Source: an uncultured delta proteobacterium
GTDB lineage: Bacteria; Myxococcota_A; UBA9160; SZUA-336
Assembly: GCA_963704165.1 (NCBI GenBank)
Contig: CAVPHD010000004.1
Coordinates: 96,001-160,000, forward strand
Length of the DNA: 64,000 nt
Direction: 5' to 3'
Shown piece after piece: positions 39,115 through 47,973 of the stretch. The notes under the pieces were generated by a model, which was given only the letters and a program-made list of their open reading frames with translations, was not told the DNA's origin and searched no databases. Within the stretch, counting starts at the first letter, position 1. Every line of letters begins with the position of its first letter. The translations under genes were made by a program, and so were the position numbers.

Positions 39115-39121
39115 CGCCGTG

Positions 39122-39481
39122 ATGGCGATTCGGAGATCGTGCGCGAAGACCACAGTCGCGATCCTGCTTCTGGCGCTGATCGCGGCGCCGATCGCGAGCG
39201 AGGTGTTCGCCCAGAGTGATCCGCACGGCTGCTGCCCCGAGCCGGCGGCGACGACCGATGCGCCCGAGCCCTGCCAGTACGTCGCTCCGCTCGCATGCTG
39301 TGCGCAGCTCGCCGTGCCCGCGACGACCGTGAATGCGCACCACGAGCTCGGGGGCGATTTCGTGGTGACCGCTCTCGTCGGCCCGTCACCCGCTCCTCTC
39401 GCTCCGACCTTCGCCCGCGCGCGGAACGGTCACGGGCCGCCACAAGCCGAACGGATACGCACGATCGTTCTCCAGCTCTGA
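39122..39481 (+). CDS. Small exported Cys/His-rich leader protein (DUF2946/CruR/CutF-like putative arrest peptide)
   Basis: 119 aa: signal peptide, HGCC..C..CC, Pro-rich tail ending HGPP+12 aa; first ORF of cus-like operon. Confidence 0.65.
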   Translation: MAIRRSCAKTTVAILLLALIAAPIASEVFAQSDPHGCCPEPAATTDAPEPCQYVAPLACCAQLAVPATTVNAHHELGGDFVVTALVGPSPAPLAPTFARARNGHGPPQAERIRTIVLQL

Positions 39482-39581
39482 GTCGACTCCTCTCGCGGTT
39501 CCCCGGGATTCCATCCCGCTTTCCGTGAACTCGCGAGCGTGCCGTCGCCCGACCGCACGCTCCGTGCCAGGAGAGATCGAC

Positions 39582-40937
39582 ATGTCGGAGTGGAAAGCAC
39601 GCGTTTGCGCGGCGGTGGTCGCGCTCTCGGCCTGTCTGGCCTGCGCGAGCGCGCCCCAGCTCGAACGCTACCGGACGCAGCGTCAGGAACTCGCGCGCGT
39701 GCAGGCCGACGCCCGGCCCGCAGAATGGAGCGACCCGTTCGCGGGCGCCGCGGCGCTCTCGCGACGCGATCTGGTGTCCCAGGTGCTCGCCCGCAACCCG
39801 GGCCTCGAAGCGTCCCGCTCGGCATGGCAGGCCGCGCTCGCTCGCTACCCGCAGGCGATCTCGTTGTCGGACCCGATGCTCGGATACGGAGTACGGCCGC
39901 GTTCGTTCTCCTCGAGCGAGGTCGACCCGGCGCACGACGTCGGCCTCTCGCAGCCACTGCCATTCCCCGGAAAGCTCGGCCTTCGCGGCGAGATGGCGCT
40001 CGCTTCGGCGGACGCAGCCGGTGAAGCCGTCGCATCGGAGCGCGTCCGGCTGGCCGCGCTCGCCTCGGTCTCGTTCGACGAGTACTGGCTCGCGGCTCGC
40101 GCGCACGAGACGAACGCAGAGCATCTCGCGTGGCTCGAGTCGTTGCACGTAGCGACGCTCGCGCGGTACGCGACCGGAGCCGGTTCCCAGCTCGACGTGC
40201 TCGAAGCGGAGACCGAGATCGCGATGCTCTTGCACGCCGAGATCGAGATCGCGACGGCTCGCAGGATCGCGGTCGAACGGATCAACCTGCTCCTGCACCG
40301 CGATCCCGCGCTTCCACTTCCCGCGCCCCCGCGCACGCTCGAAGAAGCCGCGGGTCACGATCTCGACGTCGATGCGCTCGTCGCTCGGGCGCTCGCACGT
40401 CGCCCCGAGCTTCGGGCGCGCGAAGCCGAGACGCGCGCGAACGAGGCCGCGGTGGAGCTCGCCGAGCGCGAGTTTCTGCCCGACTTCTCGCTTCAGGGCG
40501 GATACATGGGATCGATGCAAGAGACACCATTGCGGCCGTTCGTCGGGATCGAGCTCAATCTCCCGATCCAGCTCGGTCGAAGGCGGGCCGCGCTCGACGA
40601 GGCGCAGGCGCTGCTCGCACGCGGACGCAGTCGGAGCCGAGGGCTCGAGGATCGTGTGCGATTCGAGGTGATCATCGCGGTCGAACGCTTGCATGAAGCG
40701 CGACACAAGCTCGAGCTCACGCGAGAGCGGCTGCTGCCGGCGGCGCGCGGCCGTTCCGTGTCCGCGCGCGCGGCGTTCCGGACCGGACAGGTGGGGTTCC
40801 TCGAGCTCGTCGAAGCCGAGCGGGCCCTCCGCGCCGCCGAGTTCGGCGAACACGAAACCGAGGCGGAGCTGTCGCGTCGACACGCAGAGCTCGCGCGCGC
40901 TCTCGGCGAGACGGCCGCATTCGAGGAGGTGAAGTGA
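39582..40937 (+). CDS. Outer-membrane efflux factor (TolC/CusC family) lipoprotein
   Basis: ARNPGL, SQPLPFPGK, RRPEL, FLELVEAER; AGGAG SD. Confidence 0.9.
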   Translation: MSEWKARVCAAVVALSACLACASAPQLERYRTQRQELARVQADARPAEWSDPFAGAAALSRRDLVSQVLARNPGLEASRSAWQAALARYPQAISLSDPMLGYGVRPRSFSSSEVDPAHDVGLSQPLPFPGKLGLRGEMALASADAAGEAVASERVRLAALASVSFDEYWLAARAHETNAEHLAWLESLHVATLARYATGAGSQLDVLEAETEIAMLLHAEIEIATARRIAVERINLLLHRDPALPLPAPPRTLEEAAGHDLDVDALVARALARRPELRAREAETRANEAAVELAEREFLPDFSLQGGYMGSMQETPLRPFVGIELNLPIQLGRRRAALDEAQALLARGRSRSRGLEDRVRFEVIIAVERLHEARHKLELTRERLLPAARGRSVSARAAFRTGQVGFLELVEAERALRAAEFGEHETEAELSRRHAELARALGETAAFEEVK

Positions 40938-42412
40938 TGATTCGAGATCGATTCACGCGACCGTTCGTGGTCCTCGCACTCCTGCTCCTGGCGTCGATTT
41001 CGTGCCGCGAAGAGACGCGGACGCCGGGCGCCCCATCGGCGGTATTCGCGGGGCAGGGGCTACACGTGGACGTGTCGATCCCCGAAGGCGCCCCGCACCC
41101 GGGCGAGAACGAGTTCCGGATCCGCGTTCGCGACGCGAGAGGGAATCCGGTCGATGATGCGCGCGTCGGCTTCGCCTACAGCATGCCGATGGCGGGTATG
41201 GCCACGATGGGCGGAAGGGTCGTGGGCGAGCCGGTCGGAGCGGGCGAGTACCGTGCGATTGGGTCGCTCGAGATGGCGGGCACGTGGCGGATCGAGATCG
41301 AGGTCGCACGCGCCTCGGGCGAGACCGCGCGCGCCACGGGCTCGCTGCGAACCGGGGCTCCGGGTCTCGAGCTCGATTCGGGTTCGGCCGCGTTCGCCGT
41401 GAGCGAGAGCATCCGCGCTGAAGGGGTCGTGCGCATCGATCCGGCGCGCCTGCAGACGATCGGCGTCCGATTCGCGAGCGTCGAGCGGGGACCGCTCGAA
41501 CGCGTCGTCCGGGCGACCGGAACCGTCGAGTGGGACGAGACGGAGCTCGTCGACGTCTCGCTGAAGGTGCGCGGCTGGGTGCGCGAGCTGTACGCGGACT
41601 CGCTCGGTGCGCGCGTCGAGGCCGGCGACGCGCTCTTCAGCGTCTACAGCCCCGACCTATACGCCGCGGAGACGGAGTACCTCGAAGCGCTGCGCGAGCA
41701 GACGGCTGCCCGTGCGACCGGTGCTCCCGACCGGGCCGATGCGCTCGTGCGCGCGGCGCGCGCGCGCCTTCGTCTCTGGGATCTCGCGGACTCCGACATC
41801 GATGCGATCGCCGCGCGTGGCGAGCCACTCGAGGCGGTGCCGGTCCGCGCGCGTACGAGCGGATTCGTCCTCGAGAAGAACGTCGTCTCGGGCGGCTCGA
41901 TCGAGCCGGGAATGCGGCTGTTCCGGATCGCGCCGCTCGATCGCGTCTGGGTCGATGCCCAGACCTTCGAGTCCGACGTGAAGCTGCTCCGGGTCGGCGA
42001 CTCGGCGATCGTGCGCGGACCGACGCTGCCCCCGAAAGGACTCGACGCGCGCATCGCCTGGGTCCATCCCTCGCTCGAGCTTTCCTCGCGGAGCTCGCGT
42101 GCCCGCCTCGAGCTCGACAATCCCGACTTCACGCTGCGGCCGGGGATGTGGGTCGAGGTCGAGCTTCGAGTCGCCCTCGGAGATCGTCTCCACGTACCCA
42201 TGTCGGCCGTGATCCACGCGGGCGCGCGGCGCGTGGTCTTCGTGGATCGCGGGGAGGGTCGGCTCGAGCCCCGCGACATCGAGACCGGCGCGACCGCCGA
42301 TCCCGACGTCGAGATCCTGTCGGGGCTCGAGCCCGGCGAACGAGTGGTGGTGGCGGGGAATTTCCTGGTCGCCGCCGAGAGCCGGCTCCAGTCGGCACTG
42401 GAGCAGTGGTGA
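40934..42412 (+). CDS. cusB: CusB-like periplasmic adaptor with N-terminal YtkA-like Met-rich domain
   Basis: MPMAGMATM; GWVRELY, YSPDL, LRPGM, LEPGERVV..GNFLV. Confidence 0.88.
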   Translation: MMIRDRFTRPFVVLALLLLASISCREETRTPGAPSAVFAGQGLHVDVSIPEGAPHPGENEFRIRVRDARGNPVDDARVGFAYSMPMAGMATMGGRVVGEPVGAGEYRAIGSLEMAGTWRIEIEVARASGETARATGSLRTGAPGLELDSGSAAFAVSESIRAEGVVRIDPARLQTIGVRFASVERGPLERVVRATGTVEWDETELVDVSLKVRGWVRELYADSLGARVEAGDALFSVYSPDLYAAETEYLEALREQTAARATGAPDRADALVRAARARLRLWDLADSDIDAIAARGEPLEAVPVRARTSGFVLEKNVVSGGSIEPGMRLFRIAPLDRVWVDAQTFESDVKLLRVGDSAIVRGPTLPPKGLDARIAWVHPSLELSSRSSRARLELDNPDFTLRPGMWVEVELRVALGDRLHVPMSAVIHAGARRVVFVDRGEGRLEPRDIETGATADPDVEILSGLEPGERVVVAGNFLVAAESRLQSALEQW

Positions 42413-45400
42413 TCGGGCGCATCATCGCTGGCTGCGCACGAAACCCGGGACTGACGCTCATCGGTGTCGCGGCGTTCTGCGTCTGGGGGATCTTCGCCGT
42501 GCGACAGACGCCCCTCGACGCGATTCCGGACCTGTCGGACGTGCAGGTGATCGTCTGGGCGGAGTGGCCGGGACGCGGGCCGGATCTGGTCGAGGATCAG
42601 ATCACCTACCCCGTGTCGTCGACGCTGCTCTCGGCGCCGCGCGTGCGCCACGTCCGCGGGCAGTCGTTCTTCGGGCTCTCGCTCGTGTACGCGATCTTCG
42701 AGGACGGCACCGATCCATACTGGGCCCGCAGCCGGGTGCTCGAGTACATGAACGCGGCCGCGGCGCGGCTGCCCGAAGGCGTCACGCCGACGCTCGGTCC
42801 CGACGCGACGGGGGTCGGCTGGGTCTTCGAGTACGCGCTCGTCGATCGAACCGGAAGGAACGATCTCGCAGAGCTTCGCAGCCTGCAGGACTGGAATCTG
42901 CGCTACGCGCTCTCGAGCGTGCACGGCGTCGCCGAGGTCGCGTCGATCGGCGGTTTCGTGAAGCAGTACCAGGTGCAGGTGAACCCCGAGCGCCTGCGCG
43001 CGTACGGAATCCCGCTCCGCGACGTCGTCGCCGCCGTCCGGGCCGCCAACCACGAAACGGGCGGCGGTGTGATCGAGCTGGCCGAGCACGAGCAGGTCGT
43101 GCGCGGCCGCGGATACGTGCGCTCGCTCGCGGATCTCGAGCAGGCTCCGCTTCGCGTGAATGCGCAGGGGACCGCCGTGCTCGTCCGCGACGTGGCGAAC
43201 GTGGTCTTCGGTCCGGATCTGCGGCGCGGCCTGGTCGAGCTCGACGGGCTCGGCGAGGTCGTCGGCGGGATCGTCGTGATGCGCTTCGGAGAGAACGCGC
43301 TCGCGGTGATCGACGCGGTCAAGGTCCGCCTCGAGGAGGTGCGCGCGAGCCTGCCCGAGGGGGTCGAGCTCGTCACGACCTACGACCGCTCCGAGCTGAT
43401 CCGCGCCGCCGTCGGAACGCTCTCGCGAACCCTGGTCGAGGAGATGATCGTCGTCTCGGTCGTGATCCTCGTCTTCCTGATGCACGTCCGAAGCGCGCTG
43501 ATCCCGATCCTGGTGATCCCGATCGGCATCTCGCTCGCGTTCATCCCGATGCTCTACCAGGGAGTGACCGCGAACATCATGTCGCTCGGCGGGATCGCGG
43601 TGGCGATCGGCGCGATGGTCGATGCGGCGATCATCGTCGTCGAGAACTCGCACAAGCGCCTCGAGGTGTGGCGAGAGGCCGGCGAACCCGGCGAGCGTCG
43701 GGACGTGATCGTCGCTGCGATGCAAGAGGTCGGGCCCAGCATCTTCTTCGCCTTGCTCGTGATCACCGTCTCGTTCCTTCCGATCTTCGCGCTCGAGGGC
43801 ACGGAAGGGCGGCTCTTCAAGCCTCTCGCCTTCACCAAGACGTACGCGATGGCTGCCGCGGCACTGCTCTCCGTGACGTTGACGCCGGCGCTCGCGGTGC
43901 TCTTGATTCGCGGTCGGATTCGCGACGAGCGCGCGAACCCGCTGAATCGCTGGCTCGTGGACGCCTACACTCCCGCGGTTCGCTTCGTCGTCCGACGGCG
44001 CGGCTGGGTCGCCGCCGCCGCGGTCGGGTTGATGGCGAGCGCGGTTCCGCCCTTCCTGCTCCTGGGCTCGGAGTTCATGCCGCCCTTGAACGAGGGCACG
44101 CTCCTGTACATGCCGACCGCGCCGCCGGGAATCGCCGTCGGCGAAGCCGGGCGCGTGCTCCAGAGCATGGATCGCGAGCTGCGAACGGTGCCCGAGGTCG
44201 AACGGGTCTTCGGCAAGATCGGACGGGCCGACACGCCCACCGATCCGGCTCCGCTCACGATGGTCGAGACGATCATCCAGCTCGCCCCGCGAGAGCGCTG
44301 GCGTCCGGGGCTCAGCTGGGACGCGCTCGTGCAGGAGCTCGACGAGAAGCTCCGCTACCCGGGCATGCCCAACCTGTGGTGGATGCCGATCCAGACGCGC
44401 ACGGAGATGCTCGCGACCGGCGTCCGCAGCCAGCTCGGCGTGAAGGTCTTCGGCGACGATCTCGATTCGGTCGAGCAAGCGGCGATCACGATCGCGAAGG
44501 CACTCGGCGGCGTTCCGGGCACGCGAAACGCGTTCGCGGAGCGCACCACGGGCGCGTTCTTCCTCGACGCCCGGATCGACCGCGTGCGTGCGTCCCGATA
44601 CGGGGTCTCGGCTGCGGATCTCAATCAGACGCTCGAAACGGCGATCGGCGGTTCCAACGTGTCGCAGACCGTCGAGGGACGGGAGCGGTACGCGATCAAC
44701 GTGCGCTACGCGCGCGAGTTCCGGGACGACGCCGAGGAGATCGGACGAACGCTCGTGCAGACGTCGAGCGGCGCGCTCGTTCCGCTGCGCGATCTCGCGG
44801 AGCTTCGCTTCACGACCGGTCCCGACATGGTGCGAAGTGAAGCGGGCAAGGTCGTCGGACTCGTCGCCGTCGACGTCTCCGGACGTCCGATCGTGGACTA
44901 CGTCGAAGAAGCGCGTCGGCACATCGAGTCCAGCGTGACGCTTCCCGCGGGCACTCGAATCGCCTGGGTCGGCCAGTTCGAGTACTTCGAGCGCGCGAAG
45001 GCGCGCCTCGGCTGGGTGTTGCCGCTCACGTTGGCTCTGGTCGGCCTGCTGCTCTACCTGAACACGCGCTCGGCGGTCGAGACCTCGATCGTGCTGCTCG
45101 CGGTGCCGTTCTCGCTCATCGGCGCGATCTGGCTGCTCTTCGCGCTCGAGTACGACATGTCGGTCGCGGTCTGGGTGGGAATCATCGCGCTCGCGGGACT
45201 CGACGCGCAGACCGGAGTCGTGATGCTCCTCTACCTGTCGGTCGCCCACCGCGAGCGCGAAGCCGCCGGCACGTTGCGCGGCGCTCGCGACCTCGAGAAC
45301 GCGATCGTCGAGGGTGCCGCGCGGCGCATCCGGCCGAAACTGATGACCGTGCTGACGATGATGCTCGGCCTCGTGCCGCTTCTCTTCAGCAGCGGCACCG

Positions 45401-45546
45401 GTGCGGACGTGATGAAGAGAGTCGCCGCGCCGATGGTCGGCGGGCTGGTCAGCTCGTTCGCGCTCGAGCTCCTCGTCTATCCGGCGCTCTTCGCGTTCTG
45501 GAAGGGGCGCTCCCTCACTCGACGCGAACGCGGAAGCGCAGCGTGA
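42409..45546 (+). CDS. cusA: CusA-type heavy-metal RND transporter (Cu(I)/Ag(I))
   Basis: DAIPDLSDVQVI, LGPDATGVGW, GAMVDA, RIRPKLMT; Met triad LLYMP/LTMVET/TEMLATG conserved. Confidence 0.95.
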   Translation: MIGRIIAGCARNPGLTLIGVAAFCVWGIFAVRQTPLDAIPDLSDVQVIVWAEWPGRGPDLVEDQITYPVSSTLLSAPRVRHVRGQSFFGLSLVYAIFEDGTDPYWARSRVLEYMNAAAARLPEGVTPTLGPDATGVGWVFEYALVDRTGRNDLAELRSLQDWNLRYALSSVHGVAEVASIGGFVKQYQVQVNPERLRAYGIPLRDVVAAVRAANHETGGGVIELAEHEQVVRGRGYVRSLADLEQAPLRVNAQGTAVLVRDVANVVFGPDLRRGLVELDGLGEVVGGIVVMRFGENALAVIDAVKVRLEEVRASLPEGVELVTTYDRSELIRAAVGTLSRTLVEEMIVVSVVILVFLMHVRSALIPILVIPIGISLAFIPMLYQGVTANIMSLGGIAVAIGAMVDAAIIVVENSHKRLEVWREAGEPGERRDVIVAAMQEVGPSIFFALLVITVSFLPIFALEGTEGRLFKPLAFTKTYAMAAAALLSVTLTPALAVLLIRGRIRDERANPLNRWLVDAYTPAVRFVVRRRGWVAAAAVGLMASAVPPFLLLGSEFMPPLNEGTLLYMPTAPPGIAVGEAGRVLQSMDRELRTVPEVERVFGKIGRADTPTDPAPLTMVETIIQLAPRERWRPGLSWDALVQELDEKLRYPGMPNLWWMPIQTRTEMLATGVRSQLGVKVFGDDLDSVEQAAITIAKALGGVPGTRNAFAERTTGAFFLDARIDRVRASRYGVSAADLNQTLETAIGGSNVSQTVEGRERYAINVRYAREFRDDAEEIGRTLVQTSSGALVPLRDLAELRFTTGPDMVRSEAGKVVGLVAVDVSGRPIVDYVEEARRHIESSVTLPAGTRIAWVGQFEYFERAKARLGWVLPLTLALVGLLLYLNTRSAVETSIVLLAVPFSLIGAIWLLFALEYDMSVAVWVGIIALAGLDAQTGVVMLLYLSVAHREREAAGTLRGARDLENAIVEGAARRIRPKLMTVLTMMLGLVPLLFSSGTGADVMKRVAAPMVGGLVSSFALELLVYPALFAFWKGRSLTRRERGSAA

Positions 45547-47506
45547 AGCTCGGTCCCGTGGGTCCGGTCTTGGCCGCGAACGCCCCGGCCGGCCTGACGC
45601 GCAGGTGTGTCACGGCGGAGTCCGCGCCGTTCACGTCCGGCGTCGGGACGTAGGTCCACGTCGCCCCGCCGTCGTTCGAGAACTCGAGGCTGTCGGCGAG
45701 GCTCGAGAGCGAGACGTACGAATAGACCAGCGTGCTCGTCGGCACGCCCTGCGTGAAGGCGACGGGGCCGCTTCCGGCACCGGCGATGTCGGCGACGATC
45801 AAGTCGGATTGCACCGGGATCGGGTCCGAGAAGCGGATCGAGTCCGCGTCCGAGGTGCCGGCGCCCTGGTTCGTGACGATCGCCGTGTACTCGACGACGG
45901 CACCGGGGATCGCTCTCGGATTCGAAGCGCCGTTCACGGGATCCGAGAGCGTGAGCAGGGACTTCACGATCACCAGGTTCACCTTCACGAGCGAAAAGAC
46001 CTGGTCGTCGATGTTCCAGAAGTTCGCCTGACTCTGCGGCGTGTTCGGCAGCCCCGATCGGTGGACGTGTCCGTTCGTCGCTCCGATCGTGCTGCTCGAG
46101 CCGTCGCGAGCGTAGACGCGCACCATCCAACTGACGCCTTCCGTATCGACGGAGCTGAACGTGTAGGTCGGGTTCGCGCCGACCGAGCCATCGTTCGTGA
46201 AGACCCGGTCGCCCGCCGTCGCGTCGCCGTGGGTTCCGTCGTCGTAGAGCACGATTCCGGTCGCGACGGGCGTTCCCCCGGGGTTGATCACGTCCGCGCG
46301 CACGGAGGTCGTGGTGGCCTGGATGACGGCGCGGATCGTCAGCCGCTGCCCCACCTGGTAGACCGACGCGGTCGTGACGGCGGTATCGTTCGGCGCCGTG
46401 ACGTTCGCTCCGAACGCTTCGACGAGCGCGTTCGTGATCGTCGCGTTCTGCCGGCTCCACTCTACGTCGTCGAGCTTGACCCACGACTTGTAGAGATCGT
46501 CGCTGGCGTAGAAGCGCATCGAGAAACGCAGCGTGACGGTGGTGCCCGCGTAGGCCGCGAGGTTCAGCGACGCCTGCCGCCAGCCCGCGTCGAGCATCAC
46601 CGGTCCGTAGGCCGGGTTCCGGCCCACGCCGTACGTCTGGATGTTCAGGTCGGCGAGCGGGTTCGGGATCCCGAGCGTCGTGTGGTTCACCACCGTTCCG
46701 TTCACGTCCAGCGTCATGAAGTCGTAGCGGGTCGAGCTGATCATCGAGTCGAACGCCTGATAGCGGAACTGGTAGACGAAGTTGCCCGCCGCCGCGCCCG
46801 CGGGTACCGCGACGGCGCGCGAGACACGGATGTACTCCGTCGTGTTCCCGGGGCTGTCCTCGCAGTTCGAGCGGTAGCCGAGCAGGAACCACGAGAGCCC
46901 GGTGTTCGCCGTGTTGTCGACACCGGACGTCGCGCCGTCGTTGCAGCCGGCCGGCAGGTTCACCGTCGCTGCCTCGGGCGGCGAGGTGTGGACCTCGGCG
47001 TTGTGGCCGCCGCCGGAGCCCGTCGTCGCGACCGTCCAGTTCGTGGCGGTGGCGCCGGCCGAGTGCTCGAAGTTCCCGTTGATCCGCGTCGCGAGCGCCG
47101 TGGCGGCCTTGGCGCCGTTCTGCGTGACGTCGAAGTAGAGCCAGTAGGTCTGCGCTCCGGCGTCCTGGGCGATGAAGCGGATCTCGCCGCGCGCGTTCGC
47201 GCTCGCGTCGGTAGCTCCGCCGAACTTGACGTCGGTGAACTCCTGCGTCGCCACGAGCGTCGTGCCGTTCGAGCGCGTCACGCGCGGCGAGTTCACGTCG
47301 AAGGTTCCACTGATCCCGAGCTGTGTCAGCAGCGCCGCGAAGTCCGCATCGACGACAACCGTGCTGTCCACCGCCGAGGCCGCGGGCACGGAGATCGGCA
47401 CCCGGTAGTGCCAGGTCGGGTCGTACCAGGCGGGCGCCGAGCGCAGATCGGCCCGGGCGGTTCCGCCGATCGCGAGGAAGAAGAGCGCGAGCCACGCGCG
47501 TCGCAT
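45515..47506 (-). CDS. Secreted multi-domain surface protein with C-terminal DUF11-like Ig domain
   Basis: Signal peptide; WHYRVPI N-domain; LYDDGTHGD..AGD..FT motif; DPVNG..NPRAIPGAVVEYT..TNQG. Confidence 0.75.
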   Translation of the reverse strand: MRRAWLALFFLAIGGTARADLRSAPAWYDPTWHYRVPISVPAASAVDSTVVVDADFAALLTQLGISGTFDVNSPRVTRSNGTTLVATQEFTDVKFGGATDASANARGEIRFIAQDAGAQTYWLYFDVTQNGAKAATALATRINGNFEHSAGATATNWTVATTGSGGGHNAEVHTSPPEAATVNLPAGCNDGATSGVDNTANTGLSWFLLGYRSNCEDSPGNTTEYIRVSRAVAVPAGAAAGNFVYQFRYQAFDSMISSTRYDFMTLDVNGTVVNHTTLGIPNPLADLNIQTYGVGRNPAYGPVMLDAGWRQASLNLAAYAGTTVTLRFSMRFYASDDLYKSWVKLDDVEWSRQNATITNALVEAFGANVTAPNDTAVTTASVYQVGQRLTIRAVIQATTTSVRADVINPGGTPVATGIVLYDDGTHGDATAGDRVFTNDGSVGANPTYTFSSVDTEGVSWMVRVYARDGSSSTIGATNGHVHRSGLPNTPQSQANFWNIDDQVFSLVKVNLVIVKSLLTLSDPVNGASNPRAIPGAVVEYTAIVTNQGAGTSDADSIRFSDPIPVQSDLIVADIAGAGSGPVAFTQGVPTSTLVYSYVSLSSLADSLEFSNDGGATWTYVPTPDVNGADSAVTHLRVRPAGAFAAKTGPTGPSFTLRFRVRVE

Positions 47507-47552
47507 GTCGGTCTGAAACGGGCTTTTGCTTCGAGGACTTGAGGGTCGGCCC

Positions 47553-47561
47553 TGCTAGCAT
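47553..47561 (+). promoter_or_regulatory. Extended -10 TGcTAGCAT
   Basis: TGnTANNNT upstream of SD GAGGA and ATG 47599. Confidence 0.4.
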
Positions 47562-47598
47562 GCGAATTGAATCAGTGATGCGGCTGCGAGGACCGGCA

Positions 47599-47967
47599 AT
47601 GAGCGACGATAACGTGACGATCTCGATGCTGAAGACGAGCGCTCTGCGCTTTCGCGACGCCCGGCGCTGGCGGCAGTTTCACAACCCGAAGGATCTGGTT
47701 CTCGCGCTCGTGGCCGAGGCGGGCGAGCTCTGCGAGCTCGTGCTCTGGAAGGATCCCGATGCGCTCGCGGCCGAGCTGGCGGAAGAGCCGGCGCGGCGCC
47801 GCTTCGCCGACGAGCTGGCGGACGTGCAGAACCTGCTGCTCCTGCTCGTCGACGCACTCGACCTCGATCTCTCCGACGCGTTCGCGCGCAAGCTCGAGTC
47901 GAACGAAGCGAAGTACCCGGTCGCCAAGGCGAGCGGGCGCGCGCTCAAGTACACCGAGCTCGACTGA
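47599..47967 (+). CDS. MazG-like nucleotide pyrophosphohydrolase (DCTPP1/RS21-C6 type)
   Basis: WRQFHNPKDL, EAGEL, ELADV, NEAKYP. Confidence 0.9.
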   Translation: MSDDNVTISMLKTSALRFRDARRWRQFHNPKDLVLALVAEAGELCELVLWKDPDALAAELAEEPARRRFADELADVQNLLLLLVDALDLDLSDAFARKLESNEAKYPVAKASGRALKYTELD

Positions 47968-47973
47968 GTCCGG

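Noticed and set aside
41644..45249. 1201-aa antisense ORF (also 49478..51862, 15078..17228 and alternative-frame 15805..18678)
   Set aside because: Shadow ORFs of well-supported genes in high-GC DNA; Arg/Ala-rich with no motifs
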